The translations under genes and the position numbers were made by a program. The notes below the pieces were generated by a model. It was not told the DNA's origin and did no database searches. It saw only the letters and a program-made list of their open reading frames with translations. A stretch of 64,000 nt of DNA from Anolis carolinensis. Lineage: Eukaryota. The DNA is taken from the NCBI RefSeq assembly GCF_035594765.1, contig NC_085842.1, forward strand, positions 260,137,749 through 260,201,748, given 5' to 3'. Shown here piece after piece: positions 11,114-23,095 of the stretch (its first letter is position 1; every line of letters begins with the position of its first letter).

Positions 11114-12452
11114 GATCATGTTTTCTAGTCATGATTCTTGCTGAAGAAAAAGCATTTTGCATGAATAATTTTTCTCAATTTAAGTTTAAGATAGCACTTT
11201 CTAAGCTTTGTTGAGTATGGCGCTACTTAAACTTTGATAATAGTCCCACATTATGTGTCACCCTGCCTGTGCTCTACTCATCTTACCTATTGCTTACTGA
11301 ATACCTTTAACAATGCAGTAAAAGGTGCAGCTGAAATATGCAAACAGCAGGAATTAATTTGCTGAATCTTTTAGTGCAGAGGTTGGCCTGCTGGAAATAG
11401 CTCTGCAGGCAAGGAAGTTGTGCTGCCCTAGTTCTGTTTTAGCAATTGATTCGATGAGCATGACAACACAGGGCTCTGCTGCCAGGTAGTCTTGTTGAAA
11501 TGGAAGTACACTCCAATTAGCATTGTAGCTTTACACCTGCAGAAGGAGAATCATAGAAATGCTATACTCTCATAATACAGATCAATAATATTCCTGCACA
11601 GAGGCTTATTATATGTTGATTTCTCTTGGCATCGCAGGTGTGAAACGCATTGCACAGAAAGTCGACAATATGCACTGGCTCATTAAATAGTGGCTTGTGT
11701 TTTTATGTGATCCAGATGGCCTATAACAAGAATGGCTGTTCCCCCAGTCACTTTCCACTTCACCTCGACGCTCTCCCTTTATGGTTCAAGCAGATGCATA
11801 GAGAATATAGCGGTGGGGGAGGAGGTGGGAGAAACTTCCCTTGTGATAGCCTCTCATTTAAAGATACCATTAATTAATTTAAATGAATCAGAGAAAAATG
11901 CAGCCACTGCACCTGTCCACTGTCATCTTGATGATCTTTCAGTAGTGCTTCTGTTTCAGGGTGTCCCTATTTCCATAAATTAATTTTGTTTTTCTGAAGG
12001 GGTTTTCCCTTATGATGGACAGCCATGTTGAAACCGTTGTGTTTTTTTCCTGGGAGAAAGGTTTCTAACAGCAAGGCTTTTAGAAGGGAAGAAAAGCAAA
12101 GCTATTCCTCTCTGTCCATTATCATATGGATGCCATATCACACATTGAGCTGGCTTTGAGCTTTCCAAAGTACCCTGGGAGAGATAAAATGCAGGTGGGA
12201 TGATAACCAGGCAGCTTTGTCTCATCATAACTGAATAGCCCTGTGCAGACATTTTTCCCATATAATTTTTATTGCAAAGTATATGAGAAGTTGGGAAGGG
12301 TACAAGAGTGGATATAGAACAGGGGCATTTTTAACATCTTACACCTTCATCTTCTTCCATTGTCATCCTATACAAAAATGTTTCTATGATATTAAAAAAA
12401 AAAGGGCGGGGGGGAGAAAACATTTTTTTTTCCTCATCTAAAACAGAAAGAT

Positions 12453-12732
12453 TTTTTTGTGTGTGACAGGAGCAACTTAAGAAACTGCAAGTCTCTTCTG
12501 GTGTGAGAGAATTGGATGTTGCCCAGGGAACGCCCGGATGTTTAGATGTTTTACCATCCTTGTGGGAGGCTTCTCTCATGTCCCCACATGGAGTTGGAGC
12601 TGACAGAGGGAACTCATTTGCGCTCTCCCCGGGTTGGATTCGAACCGGCAACCTTCAGGTCAGCACCCCTACCTTCAAATCAGCAGTCTGCTGGCACAAG
12701 GGTTTAACCCATTGCACCACTGGGGATTCCGC
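12453..12732 (-). mobile_element. tRNA-derived SINE with Vingi-like 3' end
   Basis: On the minus strand: A-box tggtgcaatgg, B-box ggttcgaatcc, A-tail. 11-bp TSD aacagaaagat at 12442-12452 and 12733-12743. Confidence 0.85.
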
Positions 12733-12794
12733 AACAGAAAGATAGAAAAGTGGGTGCGGACTCACAGGTTGAAAACCACTGTATTAGTCCGTAG

Positions 12795-13240
12795 CATCAT
12801 GTGAATTTAATCTTTGTCCACATCTCTTCCAATTTGTCCAGGTTGATATTATAGCCTACCTTCCTTGGCCATTGAATCATACAATCTTTGATTAGATATA
12901 CTTCTGTGTCTAATTTTAATAACATTTTATAGGCTTTTGCAAGTTGTTTTTCCTTGGACTGGAAGAAAGTATTATCTATTTTATTGTCTTTCCAAGTGAT
13001 GCCTATCTTTTTATTCATTCGGTGTCTTTCTTGTAGTTGTCTATATTGAAACCATGAAAATTCATGCCCTCTTGTTGTAGTTGGCTTGGATTTTTTAGAT
13101 GAGCTTCATTTTTTTGTCCAATTAATACCTGTTTATTGGTGGGCCATTGGTCTCCCCCCATCTCTGTCCAATGAAAGGCTGTTTTAGTAGATGTCCACAA
13201 AGGTGTTTTTAAGTAGAGTCTTGATTTGCACTTTTTCCAC
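12795..13240 (-). mobile_element. L1-clade LINE ORF2 C-terminal fragment, decayed
   Basis: Lys/Trp-rich translation (...AKAYKMLLKLDTE...IKDCMIQWPRKVGYNINLDKLEEMW) typical of post-RT L1 ORF2; frameshifted. Confidence 0.7.
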
Positions 13241-13477
13241 TTTTAAAAAATACTTGTAGTAAATGTGGTTAATGGAGTGGATGAAAATGATTTAAAATTC
13301 AAACTGCTATACCGAGAAATGTGGGTATCAAATGTGGAATCTTCTTTTTGCACACATTTTCTCTGTTTCTCCTGACTTTCAGGGAAAAAAAACTTAAGAT
13401 GTGACTTTGAGACCAAGCTTTTGACAAGTAATTGGAGCAGTGCAATAAGTAATCAAGAATCAAAGTGATTGACAAAT

Positions 13478-13686
13478 GGAACGGCCCAGGATAATGATTT
13501 GGATGGTGTGATTTTAATTGTTGTTTTAATAATGTATGTTTTAATTGTTTGGTTTTAATTGTAACTGTTATTTTAATATATGTATGTATGATATCAAATT
13601 GCTGCCTTGTTGTAAGGCCACCTTGAGTCCCTTCTGGGGTGAGAAAGGTGGGATACAAATATGGCAAATAAATAATTAATGAATAA
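13478..13686 (+). mobile_element. L2-type LINE 3' end
   Basis: T-rich 3' UTR then tgtaaggccaccttgagtccc...gagaaaggtggg...aaataaataa. Confidence 0.7.
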
Positions 13687-14930
13687 ATTGGAACATTAAA
13701 AAATCTTATGTTTCACCTGTTTATGTCCACTAACACCAATGGAAAAAAAGTTTGCTTCTGTTCCAGAAAAGTAAAGATAGGATGATATGTCTAATAAATG
13801 TCATCTTGAATATTCAAGTGGCATCTAAAACAAATGCATGTAATGCATTCAATGTCTGGCAGGGTCCCAGCAAGCCAATCTCACTCTCCTGCCTACTATT
13901 TCATATTTTTGCTGTTGTCTACATATCACCTCACTGATCTGTGGTCTTGTTTGGGCTTAGTACTTGAGCTTGTTACTAGGAGGATTACTAAGCAGATCAT
14001 GCACAATCTGGGTCACCAGGAAATCGCTGTAGAAAGAGATACAATAATTAAACTAATAAACTAAGCATTAATTGTGGGGTTGGCTCCAATCTTGGCATAT
14101 TGACACTAGATGCTCTTCTTTTTGAATTTTTTTTCAAGTATTCAGTCACTAAAAAGTATAATACTTATGTATCTCAGATTTAAATAGCACATTTTGTAAT
14201 GCCTATGAGTTAAGGAGGTTTAACTCATAGGTTTTCAAAAATATAACCCGTCTTAATTTTTCACCATGTTAGCTCAGTCATCACTCATGATTTTACTGGA
14301 ATTGCCATGGAGGTTACATCCAAAATGTGCCAGATGAAGGAAAATCTTAGACAATGTGTTGTTGTTCTGCACACTTCATTCTTTGACAGGTCAGTTACTT
14401 CATTCTGCTCTTCTGCTTTCTTATTACTTTGTGCTGATTCAGTTGGCCAATTCATTTTCCAGTGTTTCTCCCTATCATAGATGTGTATGATCATATACTG
14501 GGCTTAGATGAAATAAGTTGAAGTTCTTAAACTGTTTTAGGTATATCTATATGCCTGTATCCCTGATATGTGAAGTCACATCATCTCTTTGTACTATATA
14601 CAGGCTTTTTTCTCCATGTCATATAAATTATATTTCTTTCAAATAGGACAGGTTTCGACCATTTTCCTTCAAAATTGAGCTGCGTAAACTCACTTCCATC
14701 AGAGTGTTCTGATTAACATTTGACCCTTGGTTAGACTCTTCATTCCAGCAAAGTACAAAATCTAAAAGAATATTGAACACATGTAGTGTGATACCACAGC
14801 TCCCCTAATTATTAGAGGATTGTGAAGTCAGGCCAGGTAAGTCATAAATTGGCTCACCGTTCCTCCAATATTTCAAGCTTCTACCATCCCTTTAAGCTGC
14901 ATAAGATGTAGCACAATGATGTACAAATCA

Positions 14931-15136
14931 GGGCACATCTAGAATTAATGCACTTTAACTGCTATGTCACAATGCTATGGAATCCTTGCACTTGTAGTAT
15001 GGCAAGGCATGAGCAGAGAAGGTATTGTAAAACTACAACTCCCATGATTCCATAGCAGTGAGCCATGGAATTTAAAGTGCAGTTCTAGATTCCAGTTAAG
15101 TGTCAAACTGCATTAATTCTGCAGTGCAGATGCTCC
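14931..15136. mobile_element. Palindromic PIF/Harbinger-like MITE (family A)
   Basis: Internal palindrome gaattaatgca...gctatggaatc / gattccatagc...tgcattaattc; same family at 32783, 40119, 43690 and 54014. Confidence 0.75.
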
Positions 15137-15546
15137 TTTAGTTGTGTTGTTGTTGCACAGAATAGGAGTTGTGCAGTTTTAGAAGCACACGTATATTACT
15201 AAGTGTGCTGTGGCATTGCAGGGGATCTTATATCATCATCATTTGTACAAAAAGGGCCATAGTTTGGGGATAGCCAATACAGGTCTACATTAAATTGCTA
15301 GTCTGAATTAAATTAGCCCCGTTGGTGTGGTTTATATAGATGTTGATTTACTATTGAATGGTTTTGGTGCAATTGGAATTACTAATTGGATTTAGGTCCA
15401 TATAATCTTGGTTCACTTCTTTAAAAAAAACAAAAATGGTGGTATTTCTGAGATAAACGCTAATGTTATTTTAAAATGTGTAAGTGATACCTAGAATGCT
15501 GCTGTGTATTTAATCTCTAGCTGCTGTGTTGGGTTGGAGATTCCGA

Positions 15547-15696
15547 GGCCCCATCTACATTGTCATATAATGCAGTTTCCTAATGCAGTTTAATTGCATT
15601 GAGCTGCATTATATGGCAGTATAAACTCATATAATGTAGTTCTATGCAGTTAAACTGCAATATGAAACTGCATAATATGGCAGTGTAGATGAGGCC
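15547..15696. mobile_element. Palindromic PIF/Harbinger-like MITE (family B relative)
   Basis: TIRs ggccccatctaca / tgtagatgaggcc; internal tataatgcag repeats. Confidence 0.8.
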
Positions 15697-16705
15697 TGGG
15701 AGTTACCATGATATCTTTTTTAAAGGAGGATTTTCAAGCTCTGTCTCAAACATGTAATGGTTAAGCTCCCATATCTATAAAGGTTGTTAGCTAGGAGTGG
15801 GTGAAAAATTACCACACTTTACAAAACAGCTCAGATGTAAGATAGAAACAAACTAAAGGTTATAAGAAATTGAATGTCCAAGAACCTAAGTGACAGGTCT
15901 GTCCGTTCAGTTCCAAAGTGTGAGGGAGCTTAATTTATCATCCAGGTTTTAATCCTCATGTATTCAAGCATGCTATTGCTGAATTAAGTGTCAGCTCTTT
16001 TTTTGGGTCTGTTTAGTATATTTAAAACCAACATGCCACATAGATAGAACCTCTCTAGGAGTTCTTTAGATCATCCAGTGGGACTGTATGTTAGCTGTCG
16101 GCAGTGGTTTCAGTAGGGTTCACAATTATCTACAGTTTCCTGTTTCCATGGTAAGTTCAGGAACATAACCTCTATGGATATGAGGGGTCACACTATATGC
16201 AAATGTACAATATGCCTTTCCAATATATGTGATCATTAATATCTACAAAGTATTATACTTTCTTATAAGGTAGGACAATATTATTATCCCTCATGCAGCA
16301 ATTTCTCTTCCTTTATTTCTCTTGTAACTTAACATTGTCTACCATCACCCATGCCTTCTGCATGATTACTTTGGAGTGCCAGTACAGCATTTTTCATTAG
16401 CATGCTCAGGCCAGCATGCAACTATAAAATCAACTCCATGCTCCATAAATTATCTTAGATTACTATGACTGCAGCGTCCCAATATGTCATGCACCAGAAA
16501 CTCTGACAATTCCTGCAACTCAGCTTGATGAATTATAAAGTTTTTATAGGCAAACCCCACTATGTTCAAATTCTGGCAGATAGACGAGAGCTCAAAGGTC
16601 ATTTGGTCCAACCTTGTACTGATGCAGAAAATCCACTCAAGCTTCGTTATTCTTATACATTTGGAAAAGATTTGTAAAATGTCTAATAAAATGTAAATGT
16701 AAATA

Positions 16706-17036
16706 GGGGCCCCTGGTGGCACAGTGTGTTAAAGCGCTGAGCTGCTGAACTTGCAGACCGAAAGGTGCCAGGTTCAAATCCCAGGAGCGGAATGAGCGCC
16801 CGCTTTTAGCCCCAGCTCCTGCCAACCTAGCAGTTCGAAAACATGCAAATGTGAGTAGATCAATAGGTATGTACCGCTCCGGCGGGAAGGTAACGGCACT
16901 CCATGCAGTCATGCCGGCCACATAACCTTGGAGGCGTCTATGGACAATGCCAGCTCTTCGGCTTAGAAATGGAGATGAGCACCAACCCCCAGAGTTGGTC
17001 ACGACTGGACTTACATCAGGGGAAACCTTTACCTTT
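16706..17036 (+). mobile_element. Sauria SINE, full length
   Basis: tRNA-like head, body gccaacctagcagttcgaaaacatgc, (ACCTTT)n tail. 13-bp TSD taataaaatgtaa at 16684-16696 and 17037-17049. Confidence 0.93.
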
Positions 17037-17096
17037 TAATAAAATGTAAGCTTTGCAATGAAAATAATACAGCAGTGCCCTACGTTATATATATGA

Positions 17097-17526
17097 GTCT
17101 GGAGAACAAGCCCTATGAGGAGCGGCTTAAAGAGCTGGGCATGTTTAGCCTGCAGAAGAGAAGGCTGAGAGGAGACATGATAGCCATGTACAAATACGTG
17201 AAGGGAAGTCATAGGGAGGAGGGAGCAAGCTTGTTTTCTGTTGCCCTGCAGACTAGGACACGGAATAATGGCTTCAAACTACAGGAAAGGAGATTCCACC
17301 TGAACATCAGGAAGAACTTTCTCACTGTGAGGGCTGTTAGACAATGGAACTCTCTCCCCCGGGCTGTGGTGGAGGCTCCTTCTTTGGAGGCTTTTAAGCA
17401 GAGACTGGATGGCCATCTGTCGGGGGTGCTTTGAATGTGATTTCCTGCTTCTTAGCAGGGGGTTGGACTGGATGGCCCATGAGGTCTCTTCCAACTCTAC
17501 TATTCTATGATTCTATGATTCTATGA
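17097..17526 (+). mobile_element. CR1 LINE, 5'-truncated 3' end
   Basis: ORF2 C-terminus ([23 protein letters not shown]...[16 protein letters not shown]) and (ATTCTATG)n tail. Confidence 0.95.
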
Positions 17527-17638
17527 GTTGATATGTTGAATAATTTTGAGTCAGGGCCACGTTTTCTTCTAACTGCAGTTATAGGATGTTTTAGCACTGA
17601 TGTTTTCTAATTATATGAGTACATTAATATTACCTCTT

Positions 17639-17808
17639 GTGCCACATCCACAGTGGAGGACCTTCTTACAGCAACACCAGAGGCACTCAAAGTGGCCAGC
17701 TTCTGGTCAAAGGAAATTTAGTATAATACCAAGTTTTTAACTTTGTTTGTGGTTTTTCTGTACATTGTAATTGTATTCTCAATTTGCTTTTGACACGATA
17801 AATAAATA
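17639..17808 (+). mobile_element. Vingi-like LINE 3' end
   Basis: Encodes ...TVEDLLTATPEALKVASFWSKEI*; ends gcttttgacacga(TAAA)n. 7-bp TSD acctctt at 17632-17638 and 17809-17815. Confidence 0.8.
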
Positions 17809-18145
17809 ACCTCTTATTTTTGGTATCTGTATGAGCAATAGGAACAACCCAGGATGCTTCGTTGCCAATTAATGTGCGTAGTATCCAAGGTGGGTCAAAT
17901 CATATTTGCATCTCAAACAGATAATCCCACAAGTGTATCTCACCTTCTCTGGAATTTAGATATGCATTTAATTAATTCATCTTTCTCCCAGTACAGGCAC
18001 CAATGTGCCTTACAATAAAATAAATACAGCTGACACTCATTTGATACAAAGGTTAAACTCTATTAAATAAACAATTCTGGGGAAAAGAAAAAAAATTAAA
18101 GCATCAAAACATAGTAAAATATAGTAAAAATGATACAAGTATAAA

Positions 18146-18375
18146 TGTTGTTTTTGTTATTGTATGCCCTCAAGTCATAGGGTCAATGAAAACTCTATGA
18201 AACAGTTTTCTTGGCAAAATTTTGTTCAGAAGAGGTTTGCCACAGCCTTCCTCTGAGGCTAAGAGAGGTTGACTTGCCCAGAATCACCCAGTGGGTTTTA
18301 TGACCAAATGGAAATGTGACTCCTGGACTCCAGGGTCATAGTCCATCACTGAAACCATTACACCATACTGGCTTC
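18146..18375 (-). mobile_element. Old tRNA/CORE-type SINE
   Basis: Reverse-complement match to the SINE at 61389 (gacttgccc...cacccagtgggttt, aaccattacaccatactggct). Confidence 0.8.
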
Positions 18376-18388
18376 TGAAAGTATAGTA

Positions 18389-18718
18389 GTAAAGGTAAAG
18401 GTTTCCCCTGACATTAAGTCCAGTCGTGTCCGACTCAGGGGGTTGGTGCTCATCTCCATTTCTAAGCCAAAGAGCCGGCGTTGTCCGTAGACACCTCCAA
18501 GGTCATGTGGCTGGCATGACTGCATGGAACGCCGTTACCTTCCCGCCGAAGTGGTACCTATTGATCTACTCACATTTGCATGTTTTCGAACTGCTAGGTT
18601 GGCAGAAGCTGGAGCTAACAGCGGGTGCTCACTCCGCTCCCCAGATTTGAACCTGGGACCTTTCGGTCTGCAAGTTCAGCAGCTCAGCGCTTTAACACAC
18701 TTCACCACTGGAGACTCC
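18389..18718 (-). mobile_element. Sauria SINE, full length
   Basis: Reverse complement of 16706-17036; (AAAGGT)n at the left end. 13-bp TSD tgaaagtatagta at 18376-18388 and 18720-18732. Confidence 0.93.
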
Positions 18719-18732
18719 ATGAAAGTATAGTA

Positions 18733-18827
18733 CATTTGACTTGTACTATGGCAGGAGTGTCTTTTATTGAGGTGAAAGTATAGTACACCTCACTAAAAGA
18801 CACTCCTACCATAGTACGAGTCAAATG
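18733..18827. repeat. 42-bp inverted repeat with 11-nt spacer
   Basis: Arms 18733-18774 and 18786-18827 match at 39/42. Confidence 0.95.
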
Positions 18828-21119
18828 CTTGCCTAAATGAAAAAAGGTCTTTGCTTGCCAATAGAAAGAAAATTGATAGGGGGCTGAGCTGTCCCTGCTC
18901 CTATATAGGAGAAAATGTCAAAATCTGGGAGCAGTCACTTAGAAAACCCTTCCTTTTGTCCTCAGCAAATCCTCCTGTGTGGATAGAACCAAATGTTATT
19001 AATGAACAAATATTAACAAACAAATATCATTCCATGATTAACTTCCTAAAGTGTTGTCTAATGGTAGGCAGCATCCATAGTATGTTTTATTTTATGTCAC
19101 AATTCATTATATTCCATTCTACATTTATCACAGACTTTGGGCTGGTTAATATGTCCGCTTTTAGAGATCACTTGTCTAGATAGAAAAGAGCAATTAAGAA
19201 ATTATGTGTGCTTTTAAAGCAAAAATGTAGTAGCTTTTTTTCTTTCTGTCTCTACTGAAGGAAGACAGAGATATGAAGGTCACTGTCATCCACTACAGTA
19301 CTGATTCAGGTTTTGAAGTACCATTCATTGCTACAAATACTAAAGAATAACTGTTGGCACTGGTGTGATAAATCAAATCTGGAGCCCGAATTGAGTCCTC
19401 AGATGGCTGCTTTTCTAGTTTAGTCTTCCATTTGTGACAATGGAAGAAAATATCCCCATGATAGATTCAGAGTTAAACTAGACTATAATGTTTTCTTTCT
19501 TCTCCCAAAAGTGATATTTGGAGTGCTATGACAGCATGATTTGTGGCATTACGAATGTAGGGTTTTGCATCTAGCTACCTTTCCCTTTCTGCAATTGCCC
19601 TGGTATCCAATAATATTTTCCTCTCTTTCTTCTCTCTCTTCCTTCCAGCTTTGCAGTCAAGTGAAATTGATTATAGGTAGCAGCCGGAGCTTTTTGTTGA
19701 TTTCCATGTAGTCAATTTCACAAGTCCATTGACCTTTATGGGATTGTGGGAAGGCAGTGCAATTAGGAGTTATGAAAGGGAGAACATATTCTCTCTTGTC
19801 TTACCACCACTTCCCCCCAGCCTTATATTCCCCTCCCCTATTGCTTTTGTTCATTTATCAACCTGCTGATGCTGAATCTGGGTGAGTGCCATTGTCGAAT
19901 TGCTCTTTTTGTTCTACATAATCATCTCTACAAGGCCAAAGGCATCATTTACTGGAGGAGGTGCAAATGGAAATAGAGGGGAATGCAAATAAGAACAGCA
20001 GTTTATAAATACCACAGAAAGTAAACTGAGAAGTTAGCTTGGAAACATGTCAAGGCAGGATAAAGAATGTGATCTTTTCCAAATGTAAAATACTATGCTA
20101 CATTCATTTTCCAAAACGTTCTCTGCCTACCTACCCAAATGAGATCACACTGAGGTGTGCACTCTTTTTCAATCTGTCTCAGCTTTCTGTTATAGAAATT
20201 TATCTGATTGACTTAATATTAAAAAAAACAACACTAAAAGATCTTAGAACTAGATCTGTGAAACAAATAAAAAGTCATTCAGCATTAAAATGATAAATCT
20301 ATTTTTTATTTGGAAGTTAAAGCAAGTACTGTATTACGGACTTAAAACCTGTCTGCACAGACTTTTAAAAACAGGCTTTCACCTTGTAGGCACTCTGATC
20401 CTGAGAAATGATGTCCATGATTATTTGTTTGTAATGTGTTTATTTGAGCTTAAATCTGTTTTTTTTTAATTAAAAAAAATCCCTTTTACTGTGAAATTGT
20501 ACAGAAAATCCAGAAGAGGTTTTAGTGGTAGACGGAATTGCTTGGTAGGAAGTGAGCATTCCCATTGGGTTTTTTCCTGACTTCAATTTTAATGTGTCTT
20601 TTTAAGAATTGTGTGCACAGATACTCACATAACAGCATATTAGTATTAGTGCACCTCTGCTTAAATGAAAATGTGGTTATTTGCATGCCTGATGGAAAAA
20701 CAAAGAAAAGTGGAGCATCCATAACCTTGTGGCCAAAAATAAGGTGAAGAATTGGTAATGATGACTGCTTCCTAAAAAATGAAATGAGTTCACGACGACT
20801 AAAAATATTTGGCTAGTTATGGCAATCTCACTACAGTGTGTGTGGCTTTAACAATGTCGTTGCAGATCAAAGTAGACTGGGAAAATGCGGGGCCAAACAC
20901 ATTTTCTTTTAATCTGTGTAAACAAACCCTTAGTCAGGTGCTTAGATGATGACACTGAGAATGGAGAATTCTCGTTAGGATGCCAACATAGAGCTGGAGA
21001 ATCCCAGTCAGGATGCTAACATAGACTAGTCCCTCGCTTAACTTTGGAAGGCAGAGAACTTGAGGAAAAGCCTCCAAAACTACTTTAACTGTAAAGATAG
21101 CATATGTGGGGAAAGGTTC

Positions 21120-21352
21120 TACTTTACTGTCAGAACTTAAAATGCAATTGAAGACTCATCTCTTCCGTCAGGCCTACCCAGTCAATTTTCAATTATGCAT
21201 TTTGATTTACATTCTATTGCTACTATATGTCAATTTTTTATCTATGTTTGGTGCAAGCTTTCTTTTATATTTTTGTATTTTTGTCTATGTAATTTATTGT
21301 ATATATTTTATGTTCATGTATTTTTGACTTTGTTTTACCCTGCCTTGAGCCA
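21120..21352 (+). mobile_element. L2-type LINE 3' fragment
   Basis: LKTHLFRQAY ORF2 end, T-rich UTR, then ccctgccttgagc. Confidence 0.65.
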
Positions 21353-21955
21353 TATCTGCCATAGCTTCATTCACCATTCTCTTTTGAAGTTAAATTGTTG
21401 GATACAGTATATGCCTCCTACAGACCAAAGGCCTTCTTCTGACCTGAGGGAGAAATCTTGCTGATGAAATTGAGAAGGGGGGGGGGGGTATTTTGATAAT
21501 TCCTCTCCATTCGCAAAGGGCCATGACACATAATCAAGAAATTACTGGTTTTAACAGATTTGAAAAAAAGGAATGGGAGTTTCTTGATAAGCATTTAAAA
21601 ACTCCTTCCCATCTGAAACACATACTTTCCATCAGGTTATTAATGCCTGCAGAGCAAATATGTAATCATTATCTGAGATTCAGTGAAACTAATTTGGTGC
21701 AAAACATATTGTGTTCTGAAATGAAACTAATCAGTAAAAAAGAGCCAAAACACACTCTGGGCAGTCTGAACGCATGGCAAGGGTGGGATGGGGATCAAAC
21801 AGAAATAATCCTTCCCAACACCATCTCGATTAGGGATGCGATTCAGGTGGATGAAAAGGAAGTTTAACCTTTTTCCCATGCTGTAATCTCCCTCCTCCCC
21901 ATCTGATGTTTTCTGTTAGATGTGAGCTGCTGTGAGCATGTGTAAGGTTCTTTGA

Positions 21956-22105
21956 GGGCCCATCTACATGGCCATATAATCCATTTTCTGAATCCAGATT
22001 ATCTGCTTTGAACAGGATTATATAGCAGTGTAGATACATATAATTCAGTTCAAAACAACTAATCTGTATTCAAAAACTGGATTATATGGCTGTGTAGATC
22101 CAGCC
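21956..22105. mobile_element. Palindromic PIF/Harbinger-like MITE (family B)
   Basis: gggcccatctaca...tgtagatccagcc; 3-bp TGA duplication; homologous to 41358-41507. Confidence 0.85.
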
Positions 22106-22154
22106 TGAATCTCAATTCTGGGAAGAAGGCAGAACACTAAAACTACTATTACTA

Positions 22155-22477
22155 CAGTAGAGTCTCACTTATCCAAGCTAAACGGGCCAGCAGAAGCTTG
22201 GATAAGCGAATATCTTGAATAATAAGGAGGGATTAAGGAAACGCCTATTAAACATAAAATTAGGTTATGATTTTACAAATTAAGCACCAAAACATCATGT
22301 TATACAACAAATTTGACAGAAAAAGTAGTTCTATACGTAGTAATGTTATGTTGTAATTACTGTATTTACGAATTTAGCACCAAAAGATCACGATATATTG
22401 AAAACATTGACTACAAAAATGGCTTGGATAATCCAGAAACTTGGATAAGTGAGGCTTGGATAAGTGAGACTCTACTG
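22155..22477 (+). mobile_element. Tc1/mariner-pogo type MITE
   Basis: 24-bp TIR CAGTAGAGTCTCACTTATCCAAGC, TA on both sides; second copy in opposite orientation at 49319. Confidence 0.93.
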
Positions 22478-22959
22478 TAATTATTTTCATCTATAAGGAA
22501 ATTGTGGGGTGTGGGTTCCTGGTGTATCTATAGACTTGGGCCCTTCATTACTTCTCTATGCCTTTCTGTTTATGGAAAAGACTCAAGCCTACTGGAGCTT
22601 CCTGCTTGTGGAAGAAGAGGAAGATGCAATTTTTGCTATTGCCCTCTCTCTTTGCAACATCACTTCCATGTTGTTTTAGTATTCCTCAACATCCCACAGT
22701 AGACATTTAGAAGTTACAAGAGACTGGGGGACAGGAAACATCTGCAAAGTTCTCTTCATCTTTAGCTGGCGCTTCCTACGAACCAGGGATGGGAATAGCT
22801 GGTCCTCCAACAATTCTTGTGCATCAACTCCCCTCATTCTTTTTCATTGGCTTTCTGCAAAGGGCCACACATCCCCCTTGTCTCAGAAAAATGCTTTTAG
22901 ATTCAAAGCATTTTACTTTATTTGCATGTAGTATAAGATATATGCAAATAAACATGATA

Positions 22960-23095
22960 ATACTTGATTATATGTACTGTTTTTGTTTTATTATTATGTT
23001 TTTGGCATTAAATGTTGCCAACTGTTGTAAGCCGCCCTGAGTCCCCCCGGGTGAGAAGGGCGGGGTATAAATGCTGGAAATAAATAAATAAATAA
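22960..23095 (+). mobile_element. L2-type LINE/SINE 3' tail
   Basis: tgtaagccgccctgagtccccccgggtgagaagggcgggg...(AAAT)n. Confidence 0.75.

Noticed and set aside
14749-14836. Possible exon (ttccag ... CAG/GTAAGT)
   Set aside because: Stops in all three frames and no other support; a non-coding exon cannot be excluded.
20963-21028. Two ~33-bp tandem copies; similar short duplications at ~36005-36045 and ~47072-47107
   Set aside because: Ordinary local tandem duplications; no spacer structure, not CRISPR-like.
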